Origin: the human T2T-CHM13v2.0 reference genome, Homo sapiens
Length of the DNA stretch: 64,000 bases
Assembly (NCBI RefSeq): GCF_009914755.1
Contig: NC_060938.1
Direction: 5' to 3' (one strand)
The notes beneath the pieces were generated by a model. It did not search any database and was not told the DNA's origin. It saw nothing but the letters and a program-made list of their open reading frames with translations. Made by a program: the position numbers and the translations under genes. Of the stretch, positions 1 to 13,994 are shown piece after piece. Positions within the stretch are counted from its first letter, which is position 1; each line of letters begins with the position of its first letter.

Positions 1-1606
1 ACAGATGTAGTGAGGAAGTGAGTTGCATAACAAGAAACTCTGAGCTTAAAGAACATGAATCTTTTATAATGTGCAGCAAGTATGCCTCCTCTTTTCTCTG
101 GAGGAAGATTATTTTTCACTATTCAGATATCCTTGTAAAGACGGTCTAGGACAAAGATCTATTAGGGCCTCACCCACAAAATGTTTAGAAACGTCGAGAC
201 ACCTGTGGAGAATTGTCTCTCAGCACCACTTTGAGCCTATCATTACAGGAATCCTCTTAAGTATATAAGAAGAAGGTAATTTATCAGTGTGCATTTTCAT
301 GTCTGATTTTTGCAAAGCCTGAGATATACTTACACATAACACTGATTTGTGACTTAACCAAAGAATATCAGATAACAGTCCCTTTCAACCTAAATTCTTG
401 ATGGTTTGTGAGATGAAAAGAGACAAGAGGAAGCATCTTTCTATTTATTTCCATCAGCTCCAGTTCTGCTCTTCACCTTAAGGTATCTCTGCTCTTCATC
501 TTAAGTAATGGCAAATTTCTCCAGAACTTTCCCCCTCGCTTCACCTACTATGTAAGGGGGATAAAGAAAATATCAACTTCTATGCCAGACATTGTAATGG
601 GTGCTCTTTCTACCTCTTCTTTTCTCATGAGCCTAACCACTGTTCAGCATCAAACCATATAGTCAGCATAAAAACCTGAATGTCCTGAAGAAGCTTAGAT
701 TTAGCAAAAGGAAAAATCATTCCCTCGATTCCACAACACAAAACGTCTAACTCAAGCAGATTTGAATTTTTCAGTAGACATTGAGGAACAACCAAAGTTT
801 AACCATGCAGAACCTTTCTTTCTGGTTTGCAAACAGGAAGAGACCCAAAAAGAAAAATTGCAAGTAACTTGCTCTCTTTCGTGCTCTCACTCTCATTCCA
901 CCTCTTGCTCTCTTCCTCTCTCCCTCTCCTTCTCTTTCCTTTATATTGTGATAAATACATCAATGAGATCTCCAGAAATCCATCTGTCTTCATTTTCTCG
1001 ATATGCAGAAACAAACAACCCCTCAAATACAACTTAAATGTTACATTTTAAATCTGAATGAATTTAGAAAAGCAGCCTCATAGATCATAAACTTTATAAA
1101 CAGGAGAAAGGCTTAATGTGTTAAGGCCTATTGCAAACTTTTGCATTCCATTTCTTTTAGTCTATTTTCCAAGTCTTGGATAAAATATATTTTTCAAAAA
1201 TTGAATTTAGATAAGTTTGTCTAACAATACTGAAATAATTTTTAAAAGGTAGACTGTTATCCAAAGTCTCCACTTAACTTTTTATGTCAAATTGAACAAC
1301 TTCATTTGTAGCTTTAGCAGTGTTGAGAAATATCTGTATATTTCATAACATATTTTAAAAATTCAAAAGATTATGTAAATGCTTTCCTTTAAATGTATGT
1401 TTTTTCCTTTGCCTGCCTTTAGTCATTGTAAAGGGACTATTTCTAGATAACATGTCTGATCTTCTGGATATTATTTCTTTTTGACATTGCTTTCTGGGAA
1501 TTACAATGAGGTTGGCTGTCAAGTTTACAAGATTTTAGCAACCACATATGCTCTTCGTGCTCTTCACTAAAAATAAAAACCTATTTTCTCTGCCCCAAGC
1601 ATCATA

Positions 1607-1702
1607 AGTGATGTTTCAAAATAAACTCTAATTACGTAAATTCTGAATCAGTCCAGTGATGTTTTAAAATAAATTCTAATTACGTAAATTCTGAATTAGT
1701 CC
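1607..1702. repeat. Tandem duplication, 2 x 48 bp
   Basis: AGTGATGTTT(C/T)AAAATAAA(C/T)TCTAATTACGTAAATTCTGAAT(C/T)AGTCC at 1607-1654 and 1655-1702; 3 mismatches. Confidence 0.95.
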
Positions 1703-1837
1703 TAAGGTAATAGAGTGAAAGGGTATAGAACACAGTGTCTTTTCCAGGAAGCATCAGGAACACGGGGGATGGGAAAGATCTGCCATAGTGAATAGGTTTG
1801 AAAATCCTGGGAATCCTTAAAAGTTTGGAGAGATTGT

Positions 1838-2068
1838 GGGGCTTAGTGAGTAAGAGCCTGAGCTCCAAAATCAGACAGCAGTGGGCTTGACTTTCAACTC
1901 ATTGTGCTATTTACTTTGGAACACTGGAAATTTACTTAATATTTATTAAACTTCTCTTTTCCTATGCAAAATGGACATGGTAATACCCACTAAATAGGGC
2001 TACTGATAGGATTTATTAAAATGATACATAAAACACATATTACAGCATTTCACAAATGTTAGCTACTA
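1838..2068 (+). mobile_element. MIR SINE (degenerate)
   Basis: MIR-core-like CTATGCAAAATGGACATGGTAATACCCAC...ATAGGG and AAATGTTAGCTA-type 3' end; boundaries approximate. Confidence 0.7.
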
Positions 2069-2319
2069 AAAACCTTGATGAAGACTGTAATGAAACAATG
2101 ATAATTATGATGAGGTTGGGTTGCAGGTGTAACCAAAGGCCTTGTCTGTGGAGCACTAAACAGGAAGGCTGATATTTGGTTTCCAAGTATCCGTAAATCT
2201 TTCGGCTCTTTAACCAGAGTTTTATTTTTCACTGACCTTAATCAAAATAAGTTCTATGTGAAAATGAATCCCAAATCAGACTTATTAGATTTTATTTTTA
2301 CATATGTCACCTGAAAGTA

Positions 2320-2780
2320 GAGTTCCTATGGTCTATCAGTAATTCGATTTCCAGGAATTTCTTCTAAGGAAATAATGAGAGAGATTCACAAAGAATCATG
2401 CTCAAGAATATTAACTCCAATGATTTTTAATGCTTTAAAACAATGTAATTATACAAAATATGAGATTGGTTAATAAATTATGGAGTATATAAACATATGG
2501 ACACATGTTGAAATTATTGTTATATTCTTGAAAAATAATAAACATTGTCAGGATAAAACTTTTTAAAGAAGAAAAAATACAAAACAATTTGGACAAACTG
2601 AGCCACATTTATTACTACATTTTTTAGCCACAAATATACACACATATATATATATATATATATCAATGTGTTAATAGGTTTTTTAAATATATGGCTTTTG
2701 TGTTGAATAGTGATTTTATTTTCTTCTTAATATTTTTAAAAATTCTAAAATGAAAAAGCATTACCTTTGTATCAAAAAAT
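2320..2780 (+). mobile_element. Ancient L1M (L1ME-like) 3' fragment containing a (TA)n run at ~2644-2663
   Basis: TTTCCAGGAATTTCTTCTAAGGAAATAAT and GATTGGTTAATAAATTATGG resemble the L1M ORF2 end/3'UTR. Confidence 0.5.
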
Positions 2781-3199
2781 TATATTCTGGGTTTGACTAT
2801 TGTCCTTCTTCATATATGAAATAAAATGTTCTGGGGCACAAAGAAAAATGTTTTATGAGTAGACCTTTCTAGACTGGAAATGTTTGATTTGGTTAACCTG
2901 TTATCTTGGATGAGTCAGTGCTACACTGGATTGTAAATAAACTAAAACATTTATTTTAAAAATTAAATCACTTCACTCACAAAACTATAAATTTCTTCTA
3001 CCAATAAATATCCTAGTGAGGCTCATAATGATATATCCATAACTCTCTGATAGCCATCAAACCAAGGACGTTGCAAGATTCTCATATCTAGTGTAAAAGG
3101 GGAAAAGCAATAACAAAACTGGTTTGCTCTCTTCCTATAGGGGAACTATTATAAGTGTAAACACTAACTGGGGAATAATAATAATAGATACTAGCAAGA

Positions 3200-3445
3200 G
3201 TTTCATTTATTGAATACTTAGCACAGTACATAGCCCTGTTTTAAGGCATTCTGTTTTATTTTCAGACTTTATGTCTTTTATTTTCTTAACTATATAAGCT
3301 AGAAATTTATTATCATTACCATTCAACACATGAGAACACTAAGGCTCAGAGAGATTAATATATTGTAGGTGGCACGGCTAATAAACAGCAGAGTTAGATT
3401 TTGGACCCAGGTCTTTCTAACGCTAAAACCCATTTTCCATAAACA
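3200..3445 (-). mobile_element. MIR SINE
   Basis: Reverse MIR core: CATTTATTGAATACTT...CATGAGAACACTAAGGCTCAGAGAGATTAA...GACCCAGGTCT. Confidence 0.75.
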
Positions 3446-3604
3446 ACGTTGTTTCCCTAACCTTTCATTTCTTTACTTCACAATTATCCCTCACCATTCA
3501 GAATGTTTCTGGGCAACCAAATTTTAATGTACCTGTTACTTCTCTGTTATAACAATCTATTAGCCTAATCAAGAAATTTGGAAAGGATCATCTTTCTTCT
3601 CTAC

Positions 3605-4031
3605 TGTGTTAGTTTATAAGGGCTGCCATAACAAAGAGCACAAACTGAATGGCTTAAACAACAGAAATGTATCATCTCCCAGTTCTACAGATTAGAAGTC
3701 CAGGATCAAGGTGTTGGCAGGCCCATGCTCTCTCTGAAAGCTCTAGGCAAGGATCTATTACAGGCCTCTCTCCTAAGCTTCTTGGCTAGGGGTGCACCTT
3801 AGCTTGTGGCAGCATAAATCCAGCCTTCACACAGTGTTCTTCCTGTGCATGTGGTCCTTTTTATAAGGACACCAGTCATGTTGGATAGGGGTCCACTCTA
3901 CTCAAGTATGACTTTGTCTTAACTACTTATATGTGTGACAACCCTATTTCAAAATAAGGTTACATCCTGAGTCATTAGGAATTAGGACTTCAACATTTGA
4001 ATTTTGAGGAAACACATTTCAACCCATAACA
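3605..4031 (-). mobile_element. MaLR solo LTR, MLT1C/MLT1B-like
   Basis: TG...CA termini; GGCTTAAACAACAGAAATGTAT, ATAAGGACACCAGTCAT and TTCAACCCATAACA match the reverse MLT1B/C consensus. Confidence 0.85.
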
Positions 4032-4087
4032 CCCACCGTGATTATATCTCACTTCTACTCTGCCAAACGTTCTTCAACCCCAGCCAC

Positions 4088-4278
4088 CAGGGTTATTAAC
4101 TGGGGGACCCTCAAGAGATTCATGAATATAAGTGCATTTCAATTCATTGGCTTTCTTTGTAATTCTATGTTTGAAATTTCATTGATTTTAAAGAGCATTT
4201 CAGGAACAGGTACTTCTAAGAGGCCTCAGTAGACTGCCAAAGGGATAAATGCCCTTCCTCCCAAAATTAAGAACCCTA
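4088..4278. mobile_element. hAT-Charlie MITE, MER103C-like
   Basis: TIR-like ends CAGGGTTATTAAC...TTAAGAACCCT; internal ATTGGCTTTCTTTGTAATTCTATGT and AGACTGCCAAAGGG. Confidence 0.6.
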
Positions 4279-4917
4279 TTATATCATGTGACACATAACA
4301 AAAAAATGTAACATTTGTATCTCCATGATTCTCAAAATTAGTTGGCCTAAATATTACCTAGAAAGCTGTACTTAACTCTGATAATTACTTCATGGAGGCA
4401 AAATTATTCAGTGCTGTACCTTTTGGGGCCTATTAAGCCTTGTTGTCCAAATTATCAATACCGTCATCCTAATCCAAGCAAAATGTTAACAGTATCCTAA
4501 AGTGCTTACTTTGATTGTACTTAAAGTGCTACTTTTAAATAGAGACCATTAGGGATGGGCCACATTTTATATTTTGTATTTTTCACAGTGCTTACTGTTA
4601 GAACTTAGAGATATTATGTAATAAAATGTTAATTACATTTATTAAATTAATAGATTAATAGATGGATTAACATGTGTTTGGAAATGCTCCTTTTTATTCC
4701 ATCTATAATGTCTACCTGCACCATGTGTTGGTTTATCCTCTGAAAGTGGCAAGCTGGTTCACCATGCCATGAGATCACTGATTGTCTATAGTAAGATTCC
4801 TGTACTACAGTTCATAGGTTAGTCTACCATGTTCAGATGATTTGTTCCACTTCTAATTAAGAAACTTCTCTGATTAGCCTATTAATAGAAATATTTCTAT
4901 TTAACCCCATAAAATTA

Positions 4918-5160
4918 ATAGCAGAATAATTAAGTGTTGAGACTTTGAAGCCGGTCTACCTATGTTCAAATTCCAGATCTAATGTGAATTTGTTACAAAT
5001 TTATACAATCTCCCAGGGATTTAATTTGATTACTTAAAAAATGGGTGTAACAATATGCGCACCTCTTAGGATTATTTTGAGAGTTATTTGACTTAACTCA
5101 TGAAGCACACTTAAGTCAGCATCTTACAGCACATAGTAAGACTCTATGACTGACAATTAT
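4918..5160 (+). mobile_element. MIR SINE
   Basis: GTTCAAATTCCAG...AAAATGGGTGTAACAATA...GCACATAGTAAG. Confidence 0.7.
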
Positions 5161-5879
5161 TTATAATTAAAGAAAATACCTGTAGTGAGAATATATAAAT
5201 ATATGTATGAAAGCAGTCATCAATACCTGAATTAGCTCTCTTTATCCAAATGAGTTAAAAAATATTAACATAGTTTGTAAGAGAACAAATGATATATATA
5301 TGAAGGAAAGATATTAATACATCAAAATTTTAAAGTCAAACATTTTTTTAAATTATTCATAAGGAGAAACATAGTGATGCTTTTTAGAGTTAGTTCCTCA
5401 TAGAATAATATATTCTTGGATATATATGCCAACACATATACTTCAGTATATGACATCCATTTGCCATACAAAAATTGGCCTTTTCTAATAACAGTTGCAC
5501 TGTTACACTGAAAATCATCTGCCTTTCTTGAGGAAAAAACTGTCTAAAATACATGAAGAATTAATGAAGATCTAGTATTTTTAAAAAAGGTAATTCTTGT
5601 GAATTTCCTAATATCAAATATGCTTATAACAATGCAATAACATTACCAAAGAGTTGTGGCGTGCCCATTCCCAGAGTTTTAAGGACAAGTCTCACAAACA
5701 TTGCCTGGAGCAGTTAAAGTTCGGACTGGAAACATACAGACAGACTTGAAAAGTATAGAAGCTTCTATGATTAATCAACCCAGAATTACAGATTATAGCT
5801 CAAATTTTTATTTTTTTACTGACCTGACCAACTATTTGTGTAAAAACAAGAGAATCTTGACACTGGGGAGTCTTTAATT

Positions 5880-6430
5880 CAACAGACCAATTCAGCATGC
5901 ACTCATTAATTGTTTCTTATGCACAAAGCACTCAGCTACACATTGAGTATATACCAGGCCCCATCCCTGAAGAATGTTCAGTCTATAACTAGGCATACAG
6001 CAAAGTAACCAGGGAATCAACATGTCAGGACAAATGCCACAGTTATGGTAAGCAGAAAGTGCTATAGAAGGACCTAGAACGGAAAACACCTAATCCAGGT
6101 GTTAGTGGTCTAAGACTTCTTTCTGGAAGAAGTCATATCTGAACTGAGGCCATAGGGCAGCTAGTAGTTAATAAAGGGAAGTGCAGGCTGGGAGGTGTAG
6201 AATGAGAGATTATTCCAGTAGGACATGTTTGTTGGCCCAAGCCTCCAGACAAGAGGGCGATGGTTTGAAAAATGTCCAAGGAGCATAGATTGAGGGAAGA
6301 AGTATAAAGAGATGAGCCTAGGGAAGTAAGCAGGAAAAGGCAGGTTAATGAAGAGCCTGGTAATCCATGCTACACATTTTGAACTTTATCTAAGGTTATA
6401 TATGAAGCCATTGAGGGTTTTTCCCTAAAG
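5880..6430 (-). mobile_element. L2 LINE 3' fragment
   Basis: Reverse L2 motifs CTTCTTTCTGGAAGAAGTCATATCTGAACTGAG and TTTTGAACTTTATCTAAGG...GAAGCCATTGAGGGTTTT. Confidence 0.65.
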
Positions 6431-6580
6431 AAGTACCACACAAGAGTCTAGTCTAGGTCAGACTACAGCTAGAGAAAGAGCATTTAATCCTTTTCTCAGC
6501 TTCTTTACTTCTTTATGTTAAATGATTGGGAGATAGAGAAAAGCTGCTGAATATCTTCTTCATAAAGATTTTTATCATCC

Positions 6581-6658
6581 AAGGGGACCATATAATTTAT
6601 CATTCACACATAGTTATGCCAGAATAATAAGTGTAAACTGAAATATATGGTCACACTA
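6581..6658. mobile_element. MER94-like hAT-Blackjack MITE, internally deleted
   Basis: AGGGGACCATATAATTTATCAT...ATATGGTCACACTA terminal inverted repeats. Confidence 0.5.
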
Positions 6659-8654
6659 AATTTAAATCTCTCCAAAAATTTAAGTCCTCCTCTAGCCTAT
6701 TTTTTTCAATCCTATTTAAAATGCAGAAATAAAAATAAGACTTTTGACTAATCAGCAAGATTGTGTTCACTGGTAAGGCTAGAGGACTATCATGCACTTC
6801 ATAATTAATTGTATCCCTTTTACTTTTCTGGATATAACCCTGTGTTGCTGGCTCATTTATAGTTTGTATCTTATTGCATTTCCTAAGTATTTTTATGTTA
6901 TACTTGGGCTTTGAAAGTCTTTATTTATTTTGTAGTTATTCTGCCTAAGAATTTTTCCAACCATAATGTATCTTGGTTTCAGTAGATCATTTCTCTAATG
7001 TATAGAGATCACTTTCAATTATTTCCATCTTTGAGCTGTTAGCCACAGAATTATCAGCCATTAGGTCATAAAAGACAGGAACTATGCCTCCCTAGATGTA
7101 ATAAGGTGTGTATCTGAGTACTTTCTAGATGAAAGAACCAAATTATGTTATTTTTATTGTTGTTTCTGTCAATTCTATAACATATATAGGTAGTGTTACC
7201 GCCACATTACTGAAAAAGAAAATGAAGAATTGGAGGTTGGTCGAAGAACTGAAATTCTGATTCATTCCCAGATTGTGCTTAATTACTTATTATTAGCTAT
7301 CAAATGAAATTAAACTTGGATATGATTTCATTTTTCTTAATAAAAATAGCATTATCACAATATATGCACTGTTCAATGCAAAAATGATTTAAAACAATAA
7401 GGATTCTTTAAGTTATCAAAAGTTTCTACAGACAAAGAATGATTTACTTGTGAATTAAAATGTTACATTGACCTCGAGGTAGAAGTTAGGTCAGCAGAAA
7501 TGAGCTTTGTTGCAAAAAATATATATTCAGGATACAAACTGTAAAAATCACATTGGGAATAAAACGTAATTCTCAAGTTTATTTTTATTTCTAGATACAG
7601 AAATATTATTGAAATCATAAATAAAAGCATAGCTGACATATTTGTATTTATTGACCCACAAATAAAATCCCTTAGAGCTTTTTTTCATATTGAATTTCAG
7701 GATTCTGGCTAATTGGTTGCAGCTCCCTTAAATTTTTTTTAAGACAGACACAGGAGAAGCATCCTTTTTCTGGGTTTTAGGAGATACATAAATGTCCAGT
7801 TATGTATAATTAATTTGGGTTTCTATTTTAAATGTTACTTACATTCAAAGCCACCTCTGTGAGTCCCTGTACTTCCTTAGAAACATCAGTGATTTCCACT
7901 TCATTTCACTTCAGCCATCTATGTCTATGTCCACACCGAAGTCTGGCATCCCTTGATACCGAAATAATAAATGCAAACATTCTTCTAAGTTCCGAGGTCT
8001 TCTCCTTCCAGCTGTCTGACCCAGTTACCTATACTTTACTCATCATTCAACCTTGTAGAGACCTCTGAGTCTTGATTTGCTGATTTCTTTATCAATTGAT
8101 AATGGTTTAGATTTTTCTTTCCTTTTTTATGTATGTGTCTGTCTGTCTGTCCATCTAGGCAAACACACATAGTGGGTAACTCTCTCATAATTTTTTATTT
8201 ATTGCTGTAGACAAAAGCAGTTCCATTGGCACAAGAAATGCCCATCACTTATTCATCCCAGCGTAAGACTCACAAGGCTGTAGACTGGAGTGTGCCCTGC
8301 ATTTGCAACATGGATGGCAACTCAATCCCAGGAATCAGTGACGGACTGTCACTAGCCCTAAGCCCTAGACTCCTCTCGTGTCCAATATGAGATTAAGTCA
8401 CCTCAAATCAGCATGTCAGCACCATTTTGGAAGCCCAGTCTCACATAATACCCATAAGAGAAGTATAGCATTGGCCAGCAAGAGTATATTGCACATCAAG
8501 CAACTCTCCTGGGAATGGGCCCAGCCACAGAGCTCCTAGGTAATTTCCATTAGGCGTGACTCCTTAAGTATCTGGTCAATCTCATGAATTGGGGAGAGAA
8601 TTAGATAAACAGGGATGGAGGTCCATCTCACAGCTCTGGAGGATGACAGGACCA

Positions 8655-8906
8655 AGTCGCCAGCAGATTTTGTATTTGGTGAGTGTTCTGGCTCATAAAA
8701 CAGATGCCTCTTCGTGTGTCCTCACATGGTAGAAAGATCGCACAAGCTCTTTCAGGCCTCTTTTATAAGGGCCCTAATTCTATCCATGAGGGCAGAGCCC
8801 TTACGACCTAATCACCTTCCAAAGGCCTCACTTCCAAATACCATCACATTGGAGGTTAGATTTTAACGTAAAACTTTGGCGGGACACAAACACTCATTAT
8901 ATAGAA
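8655..8906 (-). mobile_element. MaLR LTR fragment (MLT1A-like)
   Basis: GTGTCCTCACATGGTAGAA, TTTTATAAGGGCCCTAAT, CATGAGGGCAGAGCCC, GGGACACAAACA. Confidence 0.75.
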
Positions 8907-8940
8907 ATCTCTGTGAATGACTAGGTATAGGAAGGTAGAT

Positions 8941-9027
8941 CTCCCAAAGGCCCCACTTCTTAAAATCATCCCTGGGGGTTAAAATTTCAACACATGTATT
9001 TTAGGGGGACACATTCAGACCATAGCT
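8941..9027 (-). mobile_element. Second MaLR LTR terminus (MST/MLT1A-like), 5' end only
   Basis: CTCCCAAAGGCCCCAC...GGGGGACACATTCAGACCATAGC. Confidence 0.65.
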
Positions 9028-9214
9028 GGTATTCTGTGCGGACAACATTGCCAGCCCCAGCTAGTTCCAGTCACCGAGGGTGTCTTAGAAAATTCCAAGG
9101 AAGACACTCCAAAGTGTAGTAACACCCAGAGGCACAGGGTCTTGAGCAGGGACCTCATTTCCCTTGGTAAAGGGGAAGTGTAGGCTGTTGGGTTCAAAGA
9201 GGAAACACTCCAAG

Positions 9215-9468
9215 ACACACCATGAAGAAAGCAAGGGTTCAAAGGGTACGAGGCAGAAGCTGTCACACTTCTGACCTAGCCTCAGCAATCCCACAGCATC
9301 ACTTCTGTCTTACGTTAGCAGATACAGGCAAGACACTGTGGCCAGACCAGAATCAAGGGAAGCAGAATTAGACTCCACCTCTTGATAGAAGTCAAGGTCA
9401 AATTTCAGAACAGCATGTAGGATAGAAGATATTGATGCAGCCAGCTTTGGAAAATACAATCTGTCATA
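9215..9468 (-). mobile_element. MaLR LTR fragment (MLT1G/H-like)
   Basis: TGACCTAGCCTCAG, AGACTCCACCTCTTGAT and TTTGGAAAATACAATCTGTCATA match the reverse MLT1G/H 5' end. Confidence 0.7.
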
Positions 9469-12195
9469 ATCACCATAACTGTAATTCTTCTCCATAGTAC
9501 TTACAGTGTTTTACTATGATTACTTATTTCCTTTTCTATATTCTCCACCAAATTTTCAAGTAATCTGATGACTAAACACCAACACTTGTGTCATTTACAC
9601 CCCTGGAGTCTGTTGATAGAAGTAGTTAATATGAGAAAATAGAAATAAAATGGCTGAAAACTATGAAGGGGCACCAATAAACAAGTTATGCTTCTTGATA
9701 ATGCAATTAATTACATATGTATTAAACTGCAAGAAAATACATAATAATAAAAGTTGACTCATAAAAGTCAACTTCTGTGGGAGCTGTGTCAAATTCATCA
9801 AATAACAATTCAGTCCTTTGCCACAAAGCTTTTGCTTAATATGCAAAACTCTGCTATGCTAGTTCAATACAGCACAATGTGGAGAACACAGAGGATAAAA
9901 CATTTGAGTAGAGCAGTATGTAGGCCAAAGATGCTATTCCTTCCAAATGCCCATGGAGAGAATGAGGAGGCATCCTGAGAGTAAGGCACTGAGTGCTTTA
10001 ATAACAAAGGTGAAATTAATAGCTTTAATCTGTTTATCTATTCTCATTCCAGTCTGCTCCAACCCACAATGTCTGGAAGTTTTCATCCTCAGAAAAAGTG
10101 AAGTACTTACTAAGTCTGTCTTTTTTTTGCTAATCTTCAGATGCTGAAAATCATTTTAAATCTATTCCTGTCATTTTGGATTTGCATAAGTGTCTTGAAA
10201 GAAAAGTCTAAAAAGGCAACGGCTGATTTAGTGTGAATGAACATGCCATAAAACATTTCAAACCTTACATCACTCATGTAAATCTTTCATGATTTAAAAT
10301 GTTTGAACTTGCCAATAACGAGTAGTCTAGTGTCAGGCTGGATGAAATAGCTAAGGCTGAAAAGACGCTTTCATTAAAATCCTCCCTCTTGCGGCACATA
10401 TAAGTTTGGGAGGGGGTGAAAAAAAATCTTCACTTCAGGCTGGAATTTGAAACCTTAGCCTAAACCTATGACATACCAGTTGAGGAAAAAGGAAATTTCT
10501 ATAGAGTTTCATTAAGATTACAAGGGCAAATAATGTCTTCACCAATGAGATGGGGGATGGTTTTGATATTCAAATTCTGTCTATAGTCAAATCAATTTAG
10601 TAAAGAATGGGTGATTTAGTCAAGTAACTGATTAAAAAAATTACTTATATACTGGGAATTTGGTTTTACTAAATCAGCCTTATTGTTTTTCAAAGTGAAC
10701 CCATCATAGACATTCACTTAGGCAGTGGCTTTCAACAGTGAGATAGATATTTGACAAATCTCTGGCTGGTTTGTCAACACATGGCACAACAAAAGCACTC
10801 TTCACCAAAGTACCAATTTTTATGAAACACAAGTCACCTATTAATCTAATTTTCATTCAGACCATACCAAAATCTTTAGAATTTCAATTTTACTTTTCAA
10901 AATCCCAAACTTGTGGTGTTTTCACACTATTCTGACCTCATCCAGTTGTTATTAAAACTTTTAAAAAGGGAAATTCCATGCAAGAAAATAACTGAAAAGA
11001 ACCTTCCCACTCCCAGAAATTTGACAGATAATAAGAAGTAAATAATTTCTAAAAGATATAAGTAAACAATATTCTTAAAGTTGAGGGTGGAGGATAAGAA
11101 TTTCATTTTCTTTCTTTCTTTTCTTTTTTTTTTTTTTTAACACTAGTGACCTGAGACAGCAACACTCCGTGTTTTCAAGCATTCTTATGGATGAAAGTTG
11201 TTCAGTTCCACTTGGCGAAGGGGCCATTAGCTAATGTCTTAGACCTGTCTACAGAGACTGTGGTTAGCACTTGAGGGCCTGTGCCTAATGAGGCTCATCT
11301 TCACCTCTGACAACACAGGGAAGTTTCCTACACAGTTTGTATTAGGACTGCAAGGAGAAAACTGCCCCAAACAGATCTTTAGCTTGAAAGCCACAGGGAC
11401 TCCCATTACAAATGTATTGTTTTGAATAGAGCATTCTTTTTCTAATATGTTTTTCAATATAACTGCCATACACATACACTACAAAGATTCTACATTGAGT
11501 GATGACTCATCTTGTGAATGTGGAATAATACTTATCCTCTGCCCCTACCAGCAGCCCTGCTGTGGACTGTTACCCCAGAGAGGTCTTGAATGTTATTATT
11601 AAAAGGCATTTTAATGGTGGGCTGTCATGAAAAAAAAAAAAAAAAAAGAGTCATGAAACCACACAGTATCTAAGGTGAGCATCCGGAAACATTCAGCAAT
11701 TGTCTAATCCTTTTACTCCATCTTTTGTTGACTCCCCCACATAACTGAATTCTCCACATCTCTTGCCTCAGACCTTCTTCAGAGGATAGTCATTGTTAGG
11801 ACCCCAAGATATACAATAAGAGCCATCAACACATAGGTCAATGATTGCTTAGAAAGCAAAAAAGCATTTCAATGCATCTTCCACAATAATACCTTTAGAG
11901 TCTCTGGTATAGCAGATGCGGCAGGTGCCCCAGCAGTTTTTATTTCAGCAAGCACCAGAGGTGATCCTGACATAGGTGCTTTGCAGGGTACATTTAGAAA
12001 ATACTAATATTTTACAGAAATGGGAAATAATACTAAAACACAAAAATAGAAGTGGAAAGAGTGAAGGATGAGGGATGGAATTCTATGAGGCACCACACTC
12101 ACTTATAAACTAATCTGTGTTTATGAGTTCATCACTGTTTATTGATTAATAGGATTTCACTATCTGAGACTGAATGTTTAAAACAGAGTCTATTT

Positions 12196-12532
<337 letters not shown>

Positions 12533-13632
12533 TTATTTTAATTCAAAATAAGTGATGCTAATGAGAAATTTTAGATAATAGTTTATGGAAGATATCATGG
12601 GGAAGATATGGGTTGACAGGCAGGCTTTCCCCTTTCCTCTCCCAAAACTTACCACGTAAGTGGCTTCCTACTTCCCCATGCTTAAGAACAGCTGTTTTTG
12701 AGGTCTCCAAGACACAGATCTGACTGACATTCAAAGTTCTTTGATCTATTAACTCCAAAACTTTCACTGAGTAATTAAGAAAGTTCTCACACAAGCTTGT
12801 TAGATTTTGGTCTTATGGCATTCATTCCCTGAAGAAAGAATAAGATAATCTATACAGATTAATGTACACCAGGCCTAGCAGATGTGAAGCCAGTAACAAG
12901 GCTCTCATTGAAGACTTAGTATGACTAAGTAGAGTTATTTGAATTATATGTTATTTAAATTTGTCTTAGGAGACATTTAAACCAGTAATGGAACTGCTTT
13001 TTTTTTTATTCTTTGGCCATGTACGTGAATTTTAATTTACTCTTCTAATACCACCACAGAAGAAATGAAGAACAATGCATATTTCTACTAACACTAGGTT
13101 CATTAAGTTATTAATTACATATCCAAAGTATGTTTAAATAGTTGTTAGCTTGCATATGGATGGCAAAGATATAATCTGTCTAAAATATCTCATAGTACTT
13201 AATATGATAGTAGAGCATAATTTGTAATTACTCTTAACATATTCCCTTTATAAAACACAGTCCATCATGATTGTTTGTTCTTTGATGTTTCAGTTTCAGG
13301 AAGAAGACAAAGCTTACACTTTCTGAAAAGCACCAGAACCTAACTTTGAATCAGAAAGACCAATATTTTGACACAAAAATACTGTTAAAATTTATTTTGT
13401 TCACCATCTCAAAAGACATGTATGCAGTTATTAAAATTGATTTGGCATGGAAATTTTAAAAATTGTTATCTACTCAAACTCTCTGCAGTGATATTTACCT
13501 ACTTACCTTTATCATTGCTATTAATTATCCCAGTGCTTGTTAATCCCACAGTTTGGAACCACATAATTAGCCTGACCCACTTCCTTTGCCCTCTTTAGCT
13601 ATACTGGAGCACTGAGTCATGCCAATTTTTCC

Positions 13633-13994
13633 TGTTATAGTTTTAAGGTGCTCCCTAAAATTCAAGTGTCATAAACTCAATTCCAAGGAAGGGGATATTG
13701 GGAAATGGGGCCTTTTAGCATGTGTTTGGCCCTCATGAATGGATTAATGCTACTATAAAAAGGGCTTGCAGTAGCAGATTTCTCTTCTTCTGCCATGTAA
13801 CAATATGATGCTCCTTCCCTCCAGAGGACTCAGGGTTCAAGGTGCCATGTGGGAAGCAAGAGACCAGAGCCCACACTTGCTGGCACCTTGATGTTGGACT
13901 TCCAAGCCTCCAGACTGTGAGAAATAAATTTCTCTTATTTATACGTTACCAAATTTGCGGTATCCTGTTATAGCAGTCAAAATGGACTAAGACA
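13633..13994 (+). mobile_element. MaLR solo LTR (MSTD/MSTC-like)
   Basis: TGTTATAG...GCCCTCATGAATGGATTAATG...GGACTTCCAAGCCTCCAGACTGTGAGAAATAAATTTC...GGACTAAGACA. Confidence 0.85.
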
